Under the pieces are notes generated by a model. It worked only from the letters and a program-made list of their open reading frames with translations, was not told the DNA's origin and searched no databases. Below are positions 18,070 through 28,167 of a stretch of DNA of 64,000 bases, piece by piece. Position numbers and translations under genes: made by a program. Source of the DNA: an uncultured Candidatus Saccharibacteria bacterium (GTDB lineage: Bacteria > Patescibacteriota > Minisyncoccia > Phycocordibacterales > CAIZLB01); contig CAYVEK010000001.1 in the NCBI GenBank assembly GCA_964450605.1, forward strand, positions 224,597 to 288,596, read 5' to 3'. Position 1 is the first letter of the stretch. Each line of letters opens with the position of its first letter.

Positions 18070-20220
18070 CTACCACTTCTCCACCATCAACAACTCCTTC
18101 TTCCCCATATCAGTCCAAATCTGCTCTGTTACAAAAGGTATAAAAGGATGTGCGAGCTGTAACACTTGTTCAAATGTTTTTCGTAAAAACACTCGTTTTT
18201 CTTCTTTTGCTGATTCGTCCACAGTTTCATCATTCAAAACTTTTTTAACTTCTTCTATCACAACATCAGCAAAGTGATGCCATACATAGTGATACAAAGT
18301 CTCTGCTGCCATATGTATCTGATATGAGTCGATGTATTTTTCTATTTCTTTTTTTGATTCCACAAGTTTTGTCTCAGCAACATCAAAAACCACCGCACCA
18401 TGAGATTCAGTTGTATTTTCAAAAACAAATCGTGCAATATTCCAAAGTTTATTTACAAACTTTTTATACGCCTTTATCTTCTCTTCAGAGAGAGGTATGT
18501 CATTACCTGGAGCATTTCCAACAAGCAGTGCCATACGCAATGCATCCATGCCGTATCTGTCAGCAACATCAATAGGACTCAATACATTACCTTTTGATTT
18601 ACTCATCTTTTGACCCTTTGGATCTAGAACCATGCCGTGCATGTATATATCTCGAAACGGAACTTTATCTGTTAGATATAGTCCAAAAATAACCATTCGT
18701 GGAACCCATTTGAAGATAAGATCACGTCCTGTTTCCATCAACTGTGTTGGGTAAAACTTTTTAAAGTCTTCACCTTCTGTAAATCCAAGCGTTGCAACAG
18801 GCCACTGTCCAGACGAAAACCATGTATCAAATGTATCAGCATCCTGTGTCCACCCTTCACCAGGACATTCTTTTGAAACAGTTGTTTCTTCTTCGGATGT
18901 GCCTTTATTTTTAAACCAAGCAGGTATGGGTATGCCCCACACTATTTGTCGAGAGATGTTCCAGTCGATCGGATTGCTCATCCAATACTCATATATCTTT
19001 TTAAATTGTTCACTTACAAATACAAGGTTACCATCTTGTGATGCTTTGAGTGCTCGCTCTGCGAGAGGTGCCATCTTTACAAACCATTGATCTCGGAGCT
19101 GTGGTTCTATTGGTGTTTCGCATTTGTAACATACAGGAACAACATTTTTGTAGGCTTCATCAACTTTCAAAACAAGTCCTTTTTGTGTAAGGATTTCAAC
19201 TACTTGTTTTCTACCTTCGGTGATAGCTCGTAAACCTTTAAGAGGGCCTGCAACGTCAGTAAGCTTGCCGTACTCATCGATAACTTGAACCATGTCTAAG
19301 TTATGTCGCTGTGCGATCTGGAAGTCTATAGAACTATGCCACGGAGTGATGGTCATAGCGCCTGTTCCAAATTCCATATCGATGCAATCATCTTTTATAA
19401 TAGTAAATGTTTGCGGACCATTTATCCATTCTGCAGTAAACTGATCACCTTGTTTCCATTTTTCATATCGAGCATCATTTGGATGAACCACGATATACTT
19501 GTCACCAAACTTTGTTTCAGGTCGAGCAGTACCTATCTCAAACTCTCCGATCTTAAAAGTATAAAATGGAGTTGAAAATTCTTTACTTGTAGTTTCTACG
19601 TCTGAAAGAGATGTTTGATGTTTACTACACCAGTTGCAATCTCTTTTTCCTCTGTATACAAGTCCATCTTTATACATCTTTATAAATGTATCCTGTACTC
19701 CGCTTACAACTTTTGGATCAAGGGTAAATGTTTCTCGACTCCAGTCGGCAGATACACCAATACGTTTTACCTCTTCCATCACGATGTGTTTATTTGAAAG
19801 AGTAAAATCATAAATCTCTTTGTACAACTGATCTCTATCCATACCAAAACGAGTTCGTCCCTCTTTTTCAAGTTGTTTTTCATACACTACTTGAGTTTCG
19901 AAGCCAGCATGATCTGTTCCAGGAAGTATAAGAACTCTATGTCCTTGCATACGCTTATATCGACCCATAACATCTTTAAGCGTGCTATCTAAAGCGTGTC
20001 CGGCATGAAGACGACCGTTTGCATTTGGTGGAGGCATAAGAGTTGTCCAAGTTGGAGATGTGGAAAAACGCTCAGGTATCTTTTCTGCCAATGTATCGGG
20101 ATTAAAAAAACCAGACTCTGACTCACGAGCATAGACGACCCCTTCGATCTCTGAGGATTCGTAAGGTTTCGTATATTTTTCGAGTGAGCCTGAAAGGCTG
20201 GTTTTTTTGATGTCTGTCAT
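18070..20220 (-). CDS. valS: Valine--tRNA ligase (no C-terminal coiled coil)
   Basis: PPPNANGRLHAGH, DWNISRQIVWG, DTWFSS, KMSKS. Confidence 0.97.
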   Translation of the reverse strand: MTDIKKTSLSGSLEKYTKPYESSEIEGVVYARESESGFFNPDTLAEKIPERFSTSPTWTTLMPPPNANGRLHAGHALDSTLKDVMGRYKRMQGHRVLILPGTDHAGFETQVVYEKQLEKEGRTRFGMDRDQLYKEIYDFTLSNKHIVMEEVKRIGVSADWSRETFTLDPKVVSGVQDTFIKMYKDGLVYRGKRDCNWCSKHQTSLSDVETTSKEFSTPFYTFKIGEFEIGTARPETKFGDKYIVVHPNDARYEKWKQGDQFTAEWINGPQTFTIIKDDCIDMEFGTGAMTITPWHSSIDFQIAQRHNLDMVQVIDEYGKLTDVAGPLKGLRAITEGRKQVVEILTQKGLVLKVDEAYKNVVPVCYKCETPIEPQLRDQWFVKMAPLAERALKASQDGNLVFVSEQFKKIYEYWMSNPIDWNISRQIVWGIPIPAWFKNKGTSEEETTVSKECPGEGWTQDADTFDTWFSSGQWPVATLGFTEGEDFKKFYPTQLMETGRDLIFKWVPRMVIFGLYLTDKVPFRDIYMHGMVLDPKGQKMSKSKGNVLSPIDVADRYGMDALRMALLVGNAPGNDIPLSEEKIKAYKKFVNKLWNIARFVFENTTESHGAVVFDVAETKLVESKKEIEKYIDSYQIHMAAETLYHYVWHHFADVVIEEVKKVLNDETVDESAKEEKRVFLRKTFEQVLQLAHPFIPFVTEQIWTDMGKKELLMVEKW

Positions 20221-20273
20221 GTTCAGTATACTAACACAAAAAACCTCTGTTTTCGAGGTCTTTTGTAGTAAAT

Positions 20274-21677
20274 TTATTGAAATTTAGGATCAAACAAACT
20301 CTTAGATGTATCACCATTTAAAAGCGAGGCTATACGTTTTCCCGCCCATATCGCAGGCATTATACCAACACCGTTACATCCCAAGTTGTACATGAGGGTG
20401 TGATTTTTTGGCTCAAAACCAACTAAACGAAGCCCGTTAGCTGTATAACCCATAAGACCATGCCAGAAAAATTGTTTTTGTTCTTTTCCTTGATTATCGA
20501 TTGGTGCAAAATGTTCTGAAATAAAATTCTCATATTCTGCTTTTATATGCTCAGAGTACTCATGATTTCTGTTGTATATAGTCGTGTCTTCTATCGGTAA
20601 ACCTTTTCCTCCGATACAAAACAAGTTTTTAGGTTCTTCTTTTTCAAGGTCGTACGGCCGTCGAGTTGTATACACGTATTCATTTGCATACACTATATTT
20701 CTATCAGAATCAGGGTGTCCGGTATCTTCATCGTACTCTTCTTCTAGGTAAGCTGTTGCCGAAGGATTTTTCCCCACTTCTTCAGTACTCGCCATCATGT
20801 AACCTATATTCCCTTTAACATGCTTATGAAAATTCATATCGAGCTCACTATGTTTGTCTTGTATAGTAAAATGCTCAAAACCATTTGTACAAAGTACAAC
20901 TTTTTTGGCCTTAATGGTTTTATCTTGTTCTGTTTTTAGTTCTGTGTGATTTTTATGTAAATCAAGTTCTGTGACCGGAGTTTGCTCATATATCTGAATC
21001 CTCTCTATACCATATGTTTCAACTAAAAATGTAAGAAGCTGTTCTGTAAATACCGCACTGTTTAGACAACCTTTTCGCAAAGGATATGCTGCAACATATT
21101 CGGGATTTATAGTATCAGCTAAAGAAAGTATAGAGGTATGTGGTACTACTTCGTAGTATGGCCTATATCTTTCTGGTATATCTAGAGATTCAAGATGTTC
21201 TGATGAGATATACATCTTTCTACTATGAAGTCCTCCCTCATGGGCTAAAGCAAGATCGGCAAGTTGTGTGTGTACTTGTGTCTTTGTAGTGTAAACATCA
21301 TACCCGACAAATGTTGAATATGGTGTTGTTAAATTTGTATCTCGTATAATCTCTTCGAGCATAATCCATGCAGAATCAACTGAACGTAATGCTTCTATAG
21401 TTTGTTCTAGACCGTACTCTTCAACAAGCGATGAGATAGATCTCTCAAGTTCTGCGACAAGCTGTCCCGCGTTGTGACCTGTGGCGCCATGCCCTGCTTG
21501 ATATGCGTCTATAAGGGCGACTTTATGTTTTGTGTATTTCAATATATTGTATGCAGTTAGCGTACCAGAAACACCTGCGCCGATTATACAAATATCAGTC
21601 TCAATATCAGTTTCCAATGTAAAAAGAGGTCGCGTTCTATTGAGCTGGTATGTCCATGGTGATTTTAAAGGAAACAT
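20274..21677 (-). CDS. FAD-dependent oxidoreductase (DAO/PuuB-like)
   Basis: IIGAGVSG Rossmann motif, GATGHNAG, GCNGVGI. Confidence 0.9.
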   Translation of the reverse strand: MFPLKSPWTYQLNRTRPLFTLETDIETDICIIGAGVSGTLTAYNILKYTKHKVALIDAYQAGHGATGHNAGQLVAELERSISSLVEEYGLEQTIEALRSVDSAWIMLEEIIRDTNLTTPYSTFVGYDVYTTKTQVHTQLADLALAHEGGLHSRKMYISSEHLESLDIPERYRPYYEVVPHTSILSLADTINPEYVAAYPLRKGCLNSAVFTEQLLTFLVETYGIERIQIYEQTPVTELDLHKNHTELKTEQDKTIKAKKVVLCTNGFEHFTIQDKHSELDMNFHKHVKGNIGYMMASTEEVGKNPSATAYLEEEYDEDTGHPDSDRNIVYANEYVYTTRRPYDLEKEEPKNLFCIGGKGLPIEDTTIYNRNHEYSEHIKAEYENFISEHFAPIDNQGKEQKQFFWHGLMGYTANGLRLVGFEPKNHTLMYNLGCNGVGIMPAIWAGKRIASLLNGDTSKSLFDPKFQ

Positions 21678-21695
21678 ATTAAAGATATTGCAAAC

Positions 21696-21860
21696 TTAGT
21701 ATTTTAGATAACTTGCTGTAGCCTCGGCATTATTTTTTAATACAGACATAGTTTTTGAGTACTGCATGCCTATATAGAAAAACCAAGCAGGTATGAGAGC
21801 AAAAAGAACTATTATCGCAAATAATCTCGATGTAGCTGATCGTTTTTGAAGATTTACCAT
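21696..21860 (-). CDS. Small single-TM protein
   Basis: MVNLQK...LFAIIVLFALIPAWFFYIGMQY. Confidence 0.6.
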   Translation of the reverse strand: MVNLQKRSATSRLFAIIVLFALIPAWFFYIGMQYSKTMSVLKNNAEATASYLKY

Positions 21861-21874
21861 GATTTGATGATAAC

Positions 21875-23470
21875 TTATCGAACCCAATTCGTCCAATCAC
21901 GAGTCGAAAGTTCTATTTTTTTATGAGGATTAAAGATATTTTCCGGATCAAATACTTTTTTTATAGCAACTATAACATCATTATAGAGTTCTTTTCCGTA
22001 AAACATTGGAAGAAACGGTGTTCGTATCAACCCATCACTATGATCAGCACTGATATTTCCATGAACTTTTTTAATAAGATCGAAAGCGTCAGTCATAAAT
22101 TCTTCTATAGTCGCCAAAGCTATATCTTTGTGAGTAAAATCAAAAACAGGTATCACACGCAAGGCTCCATCTCCGATATGTCCATGGAATCCGTATTCTA
22201 ATTCATATTTTTTAAGTATTTGAATAAGTTCAGGAACAAAAACATCAAAGTTTTTTATAGGAACGATAATATCTTCAATACAAGGCACAGCTCTTTTTTC
22301 GGGTTTTGAAAAAGTTCCGTCTCGCAACACTCTAAATGAAGATCTTCGTACTGCCCAAGCTGAATTAATAATACCTGTATCTGTTATATATTCGACGACT
22401 GCCCCCATATCTTGAAGTAACTTTGAAACAGTGTGTGCAACCTTGTCAGTTTTCTCTTGAGTATCTTCACTGAATTCAGCAATAACTATAAATTCTGTTT
22501 GCGGACCAAAAAAATGCTGTATGGCAAGCGTGTCTTCTGGTAAAAACTTTTTAGCAAAATGATATGTATTTTTATCAAATGTTTCAACCGATTCTGGATT
22601 ATGCTTCATGATAAGTTGTAAAAATTCAGGAAGTTCTGCCAGACTATGTACTGAGAGTATAAGAGCTCGTTTATGTGGGGTTATAGGGACAAGTTTAAGG
22701 CGTGCTTTAGTGATAACTCCCAAAGTTGCTTGAGCTCCAACAAATAACTTTGCCAGATTCCATGTTTTATCTTTTTCATTAAATACTTTTTCAAGTCTAT
22801 ATCCTGAGGCAGATTTTTTAACTTCTCCGACAGCTTTTTTATACTGTGCATGATGTTTAATGTATATATCATGTATTGTTTTACACACAGTACCAAACAC
22901 ACTTTTTTCTTTTATAATTTTCTTAAAATCTGCATCACCAACCTCTTCAAACAAGTATTCGTTTCCATCAAAAAGCACAACGTTTACAGAGTGCACATTG
23001 TCTAGTGTTCCACCGTATCGAATACTCTTCTCTCCCGACGCATTATTTCCAAGCATTCCTCCTATACCACAGATATCTTTTGATGATGTATAGGCAGGAA
23101 ACATCAGATTATGTTTTACAAGTTCTTTTTCCAGATCACGATAATACGCACCCATCTCAATCTCCGCTGACATGGCATATGGATTTACTTTTATATCAGT
23201 CATGTGTTTAGTCATATTTAACACATATCCTTCTGTCAGAGAACCACCACTCATACATGTTCCCCCAGCACGCACTGAGAGACCAACTTTATACTTCCCT
23301 GCCAAAATGACTATAGTTTTTATATCTTCAACTGATTTTGGATATAAGACCCCTAAAGGTTCTTTTGTAAAAATACTCGAATCCTTGCTGTGTATAGCCA
23401 GCTGGTTGTCTGAATCGTGTAATATATCGTGTGATAAGGCTTCACAAATTGCTTTTTTAAAATCTGTCAT
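21875..23470 (-). CDS. FAD-binding oxidoreductase (D-lactate/glycolate dehydrogenase-like, GlcD family)
   Basis: RAGGTCMSG, GGMLGNNASG, GHIGDG, FDPENIFNP. Confidence 0.9.
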   Translation of the reverse strand: MTDFKKAICEALSHDILHDSDNQLAIHSKDSSIFTKEPLGVLYPKSVEDIKTIVILAGKYKVGLSVRAGGTCMSGGSLTEGYVLNMTKHMTDIKVNPYAMSAEIEMGAYYRDLEKELVKHNLMFPAYTSSKDICGIGGMLGNNASGEKSIRYGGTLDNVHSVNVVLFDGNEYLFEEVGDADFKKIIKEKSVFGTVCKTIHDIYIKHHAQYKKAVGEVKKSASGYRLEKVFNEKDKTWNLAKLFVGAQATLGVITKARLKLVPITPHKRALILSVHSLAELPEFLQLIMKHNPESVETFDKNTYHFAKKFLPEDTLAIQHFFGPQTEFIVIAEFSEDTQEKTDKVAHTVSKLLQDMGAVVEYITDTGIINSAWAVRRSSFRVLRDGTFSKPEKRAVPCIEDIIVPIKNFDVFVPELIQILKKYELEYGFHGHIGDGALRVIPVFDFTHKDIALATIEEFMTDAFDLIKKVHGNISADHSDGLIRTPFLPMFYGKELYNDVIVAIKKVFDPENIFNPHKKIELSTRDWTNWVR

Positions 23471-23512
23471 ATGTATCTATCTTACTATATACTAACAACA
23501 TAGCGCGAACAT

Positions 23513-25210
23513 ATGCAGTGTATAACCGTATTTCCCATACTCAAAAAAGCCTTTAGAGAAAAACTCATGTATTGGACACGAGAAACTTGTTCTGTGGGAG
23601 ATGTTATACAAGTTCCTATACAGAACAGAAAGGTTTGGGCAGTAGTTGCACATGTTGCTTCGGTACATGAAGTTAAAGAATATATAAAATCACAATCATT
23701 TGTTATTAAAAAAATAGATACCGTGAAGAAAACAGATGTTTTTAGTCGAGAATTCATACTCGCTGTACTTGAAACCTCTCGATATTTTGTTGTACCTTTT
23801 GGTGAAGTTTTTTCCGAACTTATTCCTAAAAAAGTTTTAGAAAACATACAAGCTGTTACACCTGGGTCTGACAACAAACCAGTCGGCGCACCGGCCTCAT
23901 TAAATATTTCATACATTCAAAAATCTACCAGCGACAGAATTGCGTATATACAAAAACTTCAACAAGAAAAAACTACTTTCGTATTTTCACCAACAAAAAG
24001 CCATAACGCTTTTTTAAAACAACATGGTATTTCGCATACATGTATGCCTATAGATGTATACAAACTAGACACTACTTCTACCGACATTGCCTGCGTAGTA
24101 GAACTTGCCTCATCTGAATATTATAGACACATACGAAAAGGCTTTGATTTTAGATTTTTTATAAGAGATCTTTGTGCACGTAAGGGCATAGAGCTTATCT
24201 ACATGGACACAATACTCTTGGAAGCTGGTAATCAAGACAAAAATCCAATTACCAAAAAACCGGAAATACATCTCATCTCCCTATCAGCATCAGGAAAAGC
24301 TAAAACTAAAACCAAGCAAAGTTTGATTAAAAAACAACCGTTTTTCTCACCAGAACTTATTTCCCTTCTTAAACATTGTCAAAAAAATAAAGAGTCAATA
24401 CTTGTATATGTTGTTCGAAAAGGTTTTAGTCATCAGACCATATGTGCTGACTGTGGAACCACCGTCACCTGCCCCATATGTAGCAAGCCATTGCGATTAG
24501 ATGCTTCAAAAAACTTTGTCTGTGATTCATGTCATACACAAGAAACATCAAACAGAGCATGTGCAAACTGTGGTAGCTGGAATCTTATACCTTTCGGAGT
24601 GTCTACGGAACACGTAGCGGAGCAGTTAAAAGATATTTTAGATATACCTATACATATTATTGATAGTAGTCATCACACCAAAAGCACTGCCCGGAAAAAG
24701 ATAAAAGAACAGTATGGTGTATACATCGGAACAGAACTACTACTGACTCAGTCATACGAAACAATCTATACCTACGGAGCAATAGTATCACTCGAAACAC
24801 TGCTTGCCCTACCTGATACGCTAGCAGAACTCAAAGCAATACAAGTCATAACGACACTTATGGATCGAGTAAGTTCTGATGTACTCATTCAAACAAGAAG
24901 TGAAGATGCGCCTATGTGGAAAGCCTTAGAAGCAAAAGATTGGTCTGTTGCAACTGAACATATAAAAACACAGTTAGAACAAACAGACTTACCTCCATAC
25001 ACAACATCTATACATATAGAAGGTCGAGAAAAAGATATAGATCTTGTTGAAAAACAAATCGAGCGCTACGGAACAAATAAAATACGAATACAAAATAAAA
25101 TCTACATCACGTTTACTCGAGGTATTTGGCCGAAACATCCACTCCAAGGATATCTACAAGCACTTCCTTCCCATATACATATTGAAGTCGACAAAACTGA
25201 TTTTGTGTAG
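23513..25210 (+). CDS. priA: PriA-like protein with degenerate helicase core
   Basis: N-terminal VGDVIQVP, RKGFS plus four CxxC zinc knuckles, IQTR and LPPY motifs; no Walker A visible. Confidence 0.8.
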   Translation: MQCITVFPILKKAFREKLMYWTRETCSVGDVIQVPIQNRKVWAVVAHVASVHEVKEYIKSQSFVIKKIDTVKKTDVFSREFILAVLETSRYFVVPFGEVFSELIPKKVLENIQAVTPGSDNKPVGAPASLNISYIQKSTSDRIAYIQKLQQEKTTFVFSPTKSHNAFLKQHGISHTCMPIDVYKLDTTSTDIACVVELASSEYYRHIRKGFDFRFFIRDLCARKGIELIYMDTILLEAGNQDKNPITKKPEIHLISLSASGKAKTKTKQSLIKKQPFFSPELISLLKHCQKNKESILVYVVRKGFSHQTICADCGTTVTCPICSKPLRLDASKNFVCDSCHTQETSNRACANCGSWNLIPFGVSTEHVAEQLKDILDIPIHIIDSSHHTKSTARKKIKEQYGVYIGTELLLTQSYETIYTYGAIVSLETLLALPDTLAELKAIQVITTLMDRVSSDVLIQTRSEDAPMWKALEAKDWSVATEHIKTQLEQTDLPPYTTSIHIEGREKDIDLVEKQIERYGTNKIRIQNKIYITFTRGIWPKHPLQGYLQALPSHIHIEVDKTDFV

Positions 25211-25222
25211 TATTCTTTTGTT

Positions 25223-25780
25223 ATGGCTAAAAAAGCGATAGTAGAAAAAGGCGACCCTGTACTTGAGACACCTGCAAAAGAGGTGGCTATTGCTGATATA
25301 TCCTCTTCTCACGTTCAATCAGTCATCAAAGATATGAAAGACACTCTCTCTGACATATCTGATGGTGTTGGTCTTGCCGCTCCTCAGATCGGAGTTAGTC
25401 TACGTATTTTTATAGTTTCAAAAAGAGTTCTTGCCCGAAATAAAACAGCGGAAGAATCATCTTCTTTGGAAGATATGGTTTGTATAAATCCAAAAATCGT
25501 AAAATTTTCTAAAACAAAAAAATGGATGGACGGTGAAGGCTGTCTTTCTGTGCGTTGGTATTATGGAAAAGTATATCGATCAACAAATGTATCACTCGAA
25601 TACTACGATGAACTTGGTAAAAAACACACACGAGGTGCTGGCGGATTACTGGCCCACATCTTTCAACATGAATGTGATCATCTTGATGGTCATTTGTTTA
25701 TAGAAAAAGCAAAAGATATAGAATGGATAGAACCCAAAAAAGACGGTGAGGATTCTGACGAAGATTCTGCTGTTGAATAA
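25223..25780 (+). CDS. def: Peptide deformylase
   Basis: GVGLAAPQIG, EGCLS, QHECDHL. Confidence 0.98.
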   Translation: MAKKAIVEKGDPVLETPAKEVAIADISSSHVQSVIKDMKDTLSDISDGVGLAAPQIGVSLRIFIVSKRVLARNKTAEESSSLEDMVCINPKIVKFSKTKKWMDGEGCLSVRWYYGKVYRSTNVSLEYYDELGKKHTRGAGGLLAHIFQHECDHLDGHLFIEKAKDIEWIEPKKDGEDSDEDSAVE

Positions 25781-25826
25781 AAAAACCGTAGCGGCAGGGA
25801 TCGAACCTGCAAACACTACGGCCGGA
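25776..25826 (-). repeat. Copy 1 of a 51-bp repeat (47/51 identical to 27190-27240); tRNA minihelix-like terminator
   Basis: Minus strand ccgtagtg-ttt-gcagg-TTCGATC-cctgc-cgctacgg-ttttttt. Confidence 0.9.
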
Positions 25827-25840
25827 CTGAACAGTGATGC

Positions 25841-26038
25841 TCAGTGCATGAGGGCTATTACCCCGAGTACGATCAGGATTACCCCTAGCAGGACTGCGCC
25901 TGTACCTCCGATTCGGGAGACCTTTGCCTCCGCAGCTGTTCGTCTCTGCCCCTCTTTGCTTATGTACCGCCCCATAAGGATGGACGCTGTACCAAAAAAG
26001 AGACAGATGACGAACTGGGCTAAATGTACACTATTCAT
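25841..26038 (-). CDS. Small two-TM membrane protein (65 aa)
   Basis: TTGACT-17-TACTAT promoter (26078-26050); two hydrophobic helices. Confidence 0.7.
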   Translation of the reverse strand: MNSVHLAQFVICLFFGTASILMGRYISKEGQRRTAAEAKVSRIGGTGAVLLGVILIVLGVIALMH

Positions 26039-26095
26039 AGGTACTAACGATAGTACCATATTATCGTAAATTAGTCAATCTATTATTTTTCCAAT

Positions 26096-26288
26096 AAAAA
26101 AAGACCCAGTCTCTTACGCACGAAGCGAAGATTCCGAGTCTGGATAAAAAGTTCAATTTTGAAGACTTCCGGAGCAAGTCGCCATACATCTGCAGCAGAG
26201 CTGTTTTTCGTATGACGACTTCCCCTTATGGGATGTCTCCAATGCCTTTCGGCTTGGGGAGGCTGGCCACTTAAGACCTAACCTCCGT
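26096..26288 (-). ncRNA. Candidate novel structured sRNA (~190 nt)
   Basis: TTGACT-16-TAGTAT promoter (26321-26294), gcc-GAAA-ggc hairpin, 12-bp stem aagtcgtcatac/gtatggcgactt, terminator 26096-26143; no convincing ORF. Confidence 0.55.
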
Positions 26289-26344
26289 TTACTATACTAC
26301 CACCCCACCAAACAAAGTCAAGACTTTATGTTATACTTATCCAC

Positions 26345-27190
26345 ATGCGATACATATTCTTTGGAACAGGTCATTTTGCCCTTCCTGTACTCAAACATCT
26401 AAAGGAAAAGAGTTTTCTCCCCTCCCTCATCATCACCTCACCTGACAAACCTGTGGGACGACATCAGATCATCACACCACCTCTCACAAAAGTATTTGCA
26501 ATCGAAAACAACATACCTGTATATCAACCAGAAAGTTTGAAAAATGAAACAGTCTTTGAAGATATCAAAAAATACATAACCGAACACGAAGCTGTTGTTG
26601 TTGCTGATTACGGAAAGATAATTCCACAAAACATACTAGATTTATCTCCAAATGGTTTTTTAAATATTCATCCATCTCTACTGCCCGAATACCGCGGTCC
26701 AACACCTGTACAAGCAACTATACTAAACAATAACCCTCACACAGGAGTCACTATTATCAAGATGGATCATCTCATGGATCATGGTCCTATAGTCGCACAA
26801 GAGAAAAAAGATATAGACACCGCCATCTGGCCTGTATCACTCGAGGAGTTGTTTGAAATTTTGGCAGTTGTTGGTGCTGAGCTTTTAATAAAAACACTGC
26901 CAGCATATGTGCATGGAGATCTGATACCTGTAGAGCAAGATCATAACAAAGCGACATATGTAAAGATGATAGATAAGGCTGATTCTGAAGTTTTTCCACA
27001 AACTGAATCCATCTCTTCGATATATTTAAAATATCAAGCGTATCAAAACTGGCCAGGTATATTTTTTATGCACAACGATAAACGGGTAAAGATTAAGAAG
27101 ATGAATAGAGATGAAATACTCCGAGTGACACCTGAAGGAAAAACAGAGTTGGATTTTAAGGAGTATGTAAAATATCATCCGTTGGTGTAA
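26345..27190 (+). CDS. fmt: Methionyl-tRNA formyltransferase
   Basis: FFGT, PDKPVGR, NIHPSLLPEYRGPTP, MDHGPI. Confidence 0.97.
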   Translation: MRYIFFGTGHFALPVLKHLKEKSFLPSLIITSPDKPVGRHQIITPPLTKVFAIENNIPVYQPESLKNETVFEDIKKYITEHEAVVVADYGKIIPQNILDLSPNGFLNIHPSLLPEYRGPTPVQATILNNNPHTGVTIIKMDHLMDHGPIVAQEKKDIDTAIWPVSLEELFEILAVVGAELLIKTLPAYVHGDLIPVEQDHNKATYVKMIDKADSEVFPQTESISSIYLKYQAYQNWPGIFFMHNDKRVKIKKMNRDEILRVTPEGKTELDFKEYVKYHPLV

Positions 27191-27240
27191 ATAAAAAAAC
27201 CGTAGTGGCAGTAATTGAACCTGCAAACACTACGGCCGGA
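27190..27240 (-). repeat. Copy 2 of the 51-bp minihelix-like terminator
   Basis: Minus strand ccgtagtg-ttt-gcagg-TTCAATT-actgc-cactacgg-ttttttt. Confidence 0.9.
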
Positions 27241-27250
27241 GTTGGGGCAC

Positions 27251-27436
27251 TTATCCCTTTATCAACAGTACTGCCACCAACAAGCATAGCTTGCCCGCAA
27301 ACGCACAGGCGGTGCCGAAGCGTTCATTGAATTTCGGGCAACCTTTTCGAGTGGACAAGTGATAGTACCCCACCAATATAAGCAGAGCGAACAGAATTAT
27401 AAGGACGCAGGCGGAGTGGTAAAGTTCTGTAGTCAT
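27251..27436 (-). CDS. Small two-TM membrane protein (61 aa), probable distant paralogue of 25841-26038
   Basis: TTGATT-17-TATAAT promoter (27475-27447); two hydrophobic helices. Confidence 0.7.
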   Translation of the reverse strand: MTTELYHSACVLIILFALLILVGYYHLSTRKGCPKFNERFGTACAFAGKLCLLVAVLLIKG

Positions 27437-27515
27437 AGCGTATATTATTATACACTAATATTATAAATAAATCAATCCCACCTATTTATTCTTTCTTCAA
27501 TACTCAAAGCTATGA

Positions 27516-27550
27516 AACAAAAAACACCGGTTTCCCGGTGTTTTTTTGTT
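27516..27550. terminator. Terminator of transglycosylase gene
   Basis: aacaaaaaacaccgg-tttc-ccggtgtttttttgtt. Confidence 0.85.
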
Positions 27551-27558
27551 TGCAACTA

Positions 27559-28014
27559 TTAGATATTGTTTACAGTTACATATTTTCCCCAACAAGGTTT
27601 TGAAGAATTCCACGGCTTAGTACCTTCTCGGTTATAGAGATCGATAGCATAATCCACGTTTCCTTCAACTGTAGAGAGGTCCATTCCTTTGTGCTTTGCG
27701 GTATCGGCATGATAATACGAGTTAATCTGGAATAAACCAGTATCTCGAGGATCAACCTTACCTGTTAGTACAGAGCCATTTTCTGCAAATTGTCGCATTG
27801 TTGATTCACAAAATGCTACACGTCGTAGAATATGGTCTTTAGGAAGTTTCTTGTTTAGAACCTCTTCTACTATTTCATTTGATTGTAATGAACTTTGTGG
27901 AGCCTCAACTACTACTGGAGCAGTTGGTGTTTGGTTTTGAACCGCATTTTCAGGCATTGATATTGATGAACCTGATAATAGGGCTGCAAAACCGATTGTT
28001 GCGATTTGTAAAAT
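27559..28014 (-). CDS. Lysozyme-like/lytic transglycosylase (SLT-like) secreted protein; probable ATT start at 28014
   Basis: VAFCES catalytic Glu, DTGLFQIN, N..YA..LY..EGTKPW; in-frame signal-peptide-like ILQIATIGFAALLSG upstream of first ATG (27957). Confidence 0.85.
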   Translation of the reverse strand: MLQIATIGFAALLSGSSISMPENAVQNQTPTAPVVVEAPQSSLQSNEIVEEVLNKKLPKDHILRRVAFCESTMRQFAENGSVLTGKVDPRDTGLFQINSYYHADTAKHKGMDLSTVEGNVDYAIDLYNREGTKPWNSSKPCWGKYVTVNNI

Positions 28015-28167
28015 AAGCTTTTACTAAACTTGTAATCTATGTTCTTTGCCTTACCTGTGTCTGTATGGCTTCAATCAGTAGGTTAAGTAAGAATCTAACT
28101 CTGGGGCTGAAGCTCTCTAAAGGAATGAACATGTTGCACAAATTAAATAGCCACTCTTACAGTGACA
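28015..28167 (-). promoter_or_regulatory. Long structured 5' leader (cis-regulatory RNA candidate)
   Basis: TTGCTT-17-TAAGAT promoter upstream; nested stems atgttc/gaacat, gcttcag/ttgaagc and hairpin gtcact/agtggc. Confidence 0.55.

Noticed and set aside
25776-25826. Complete tRNA gene
   Set aside because: Only T arm plus acceptor-like stem; no D or anticodon arm
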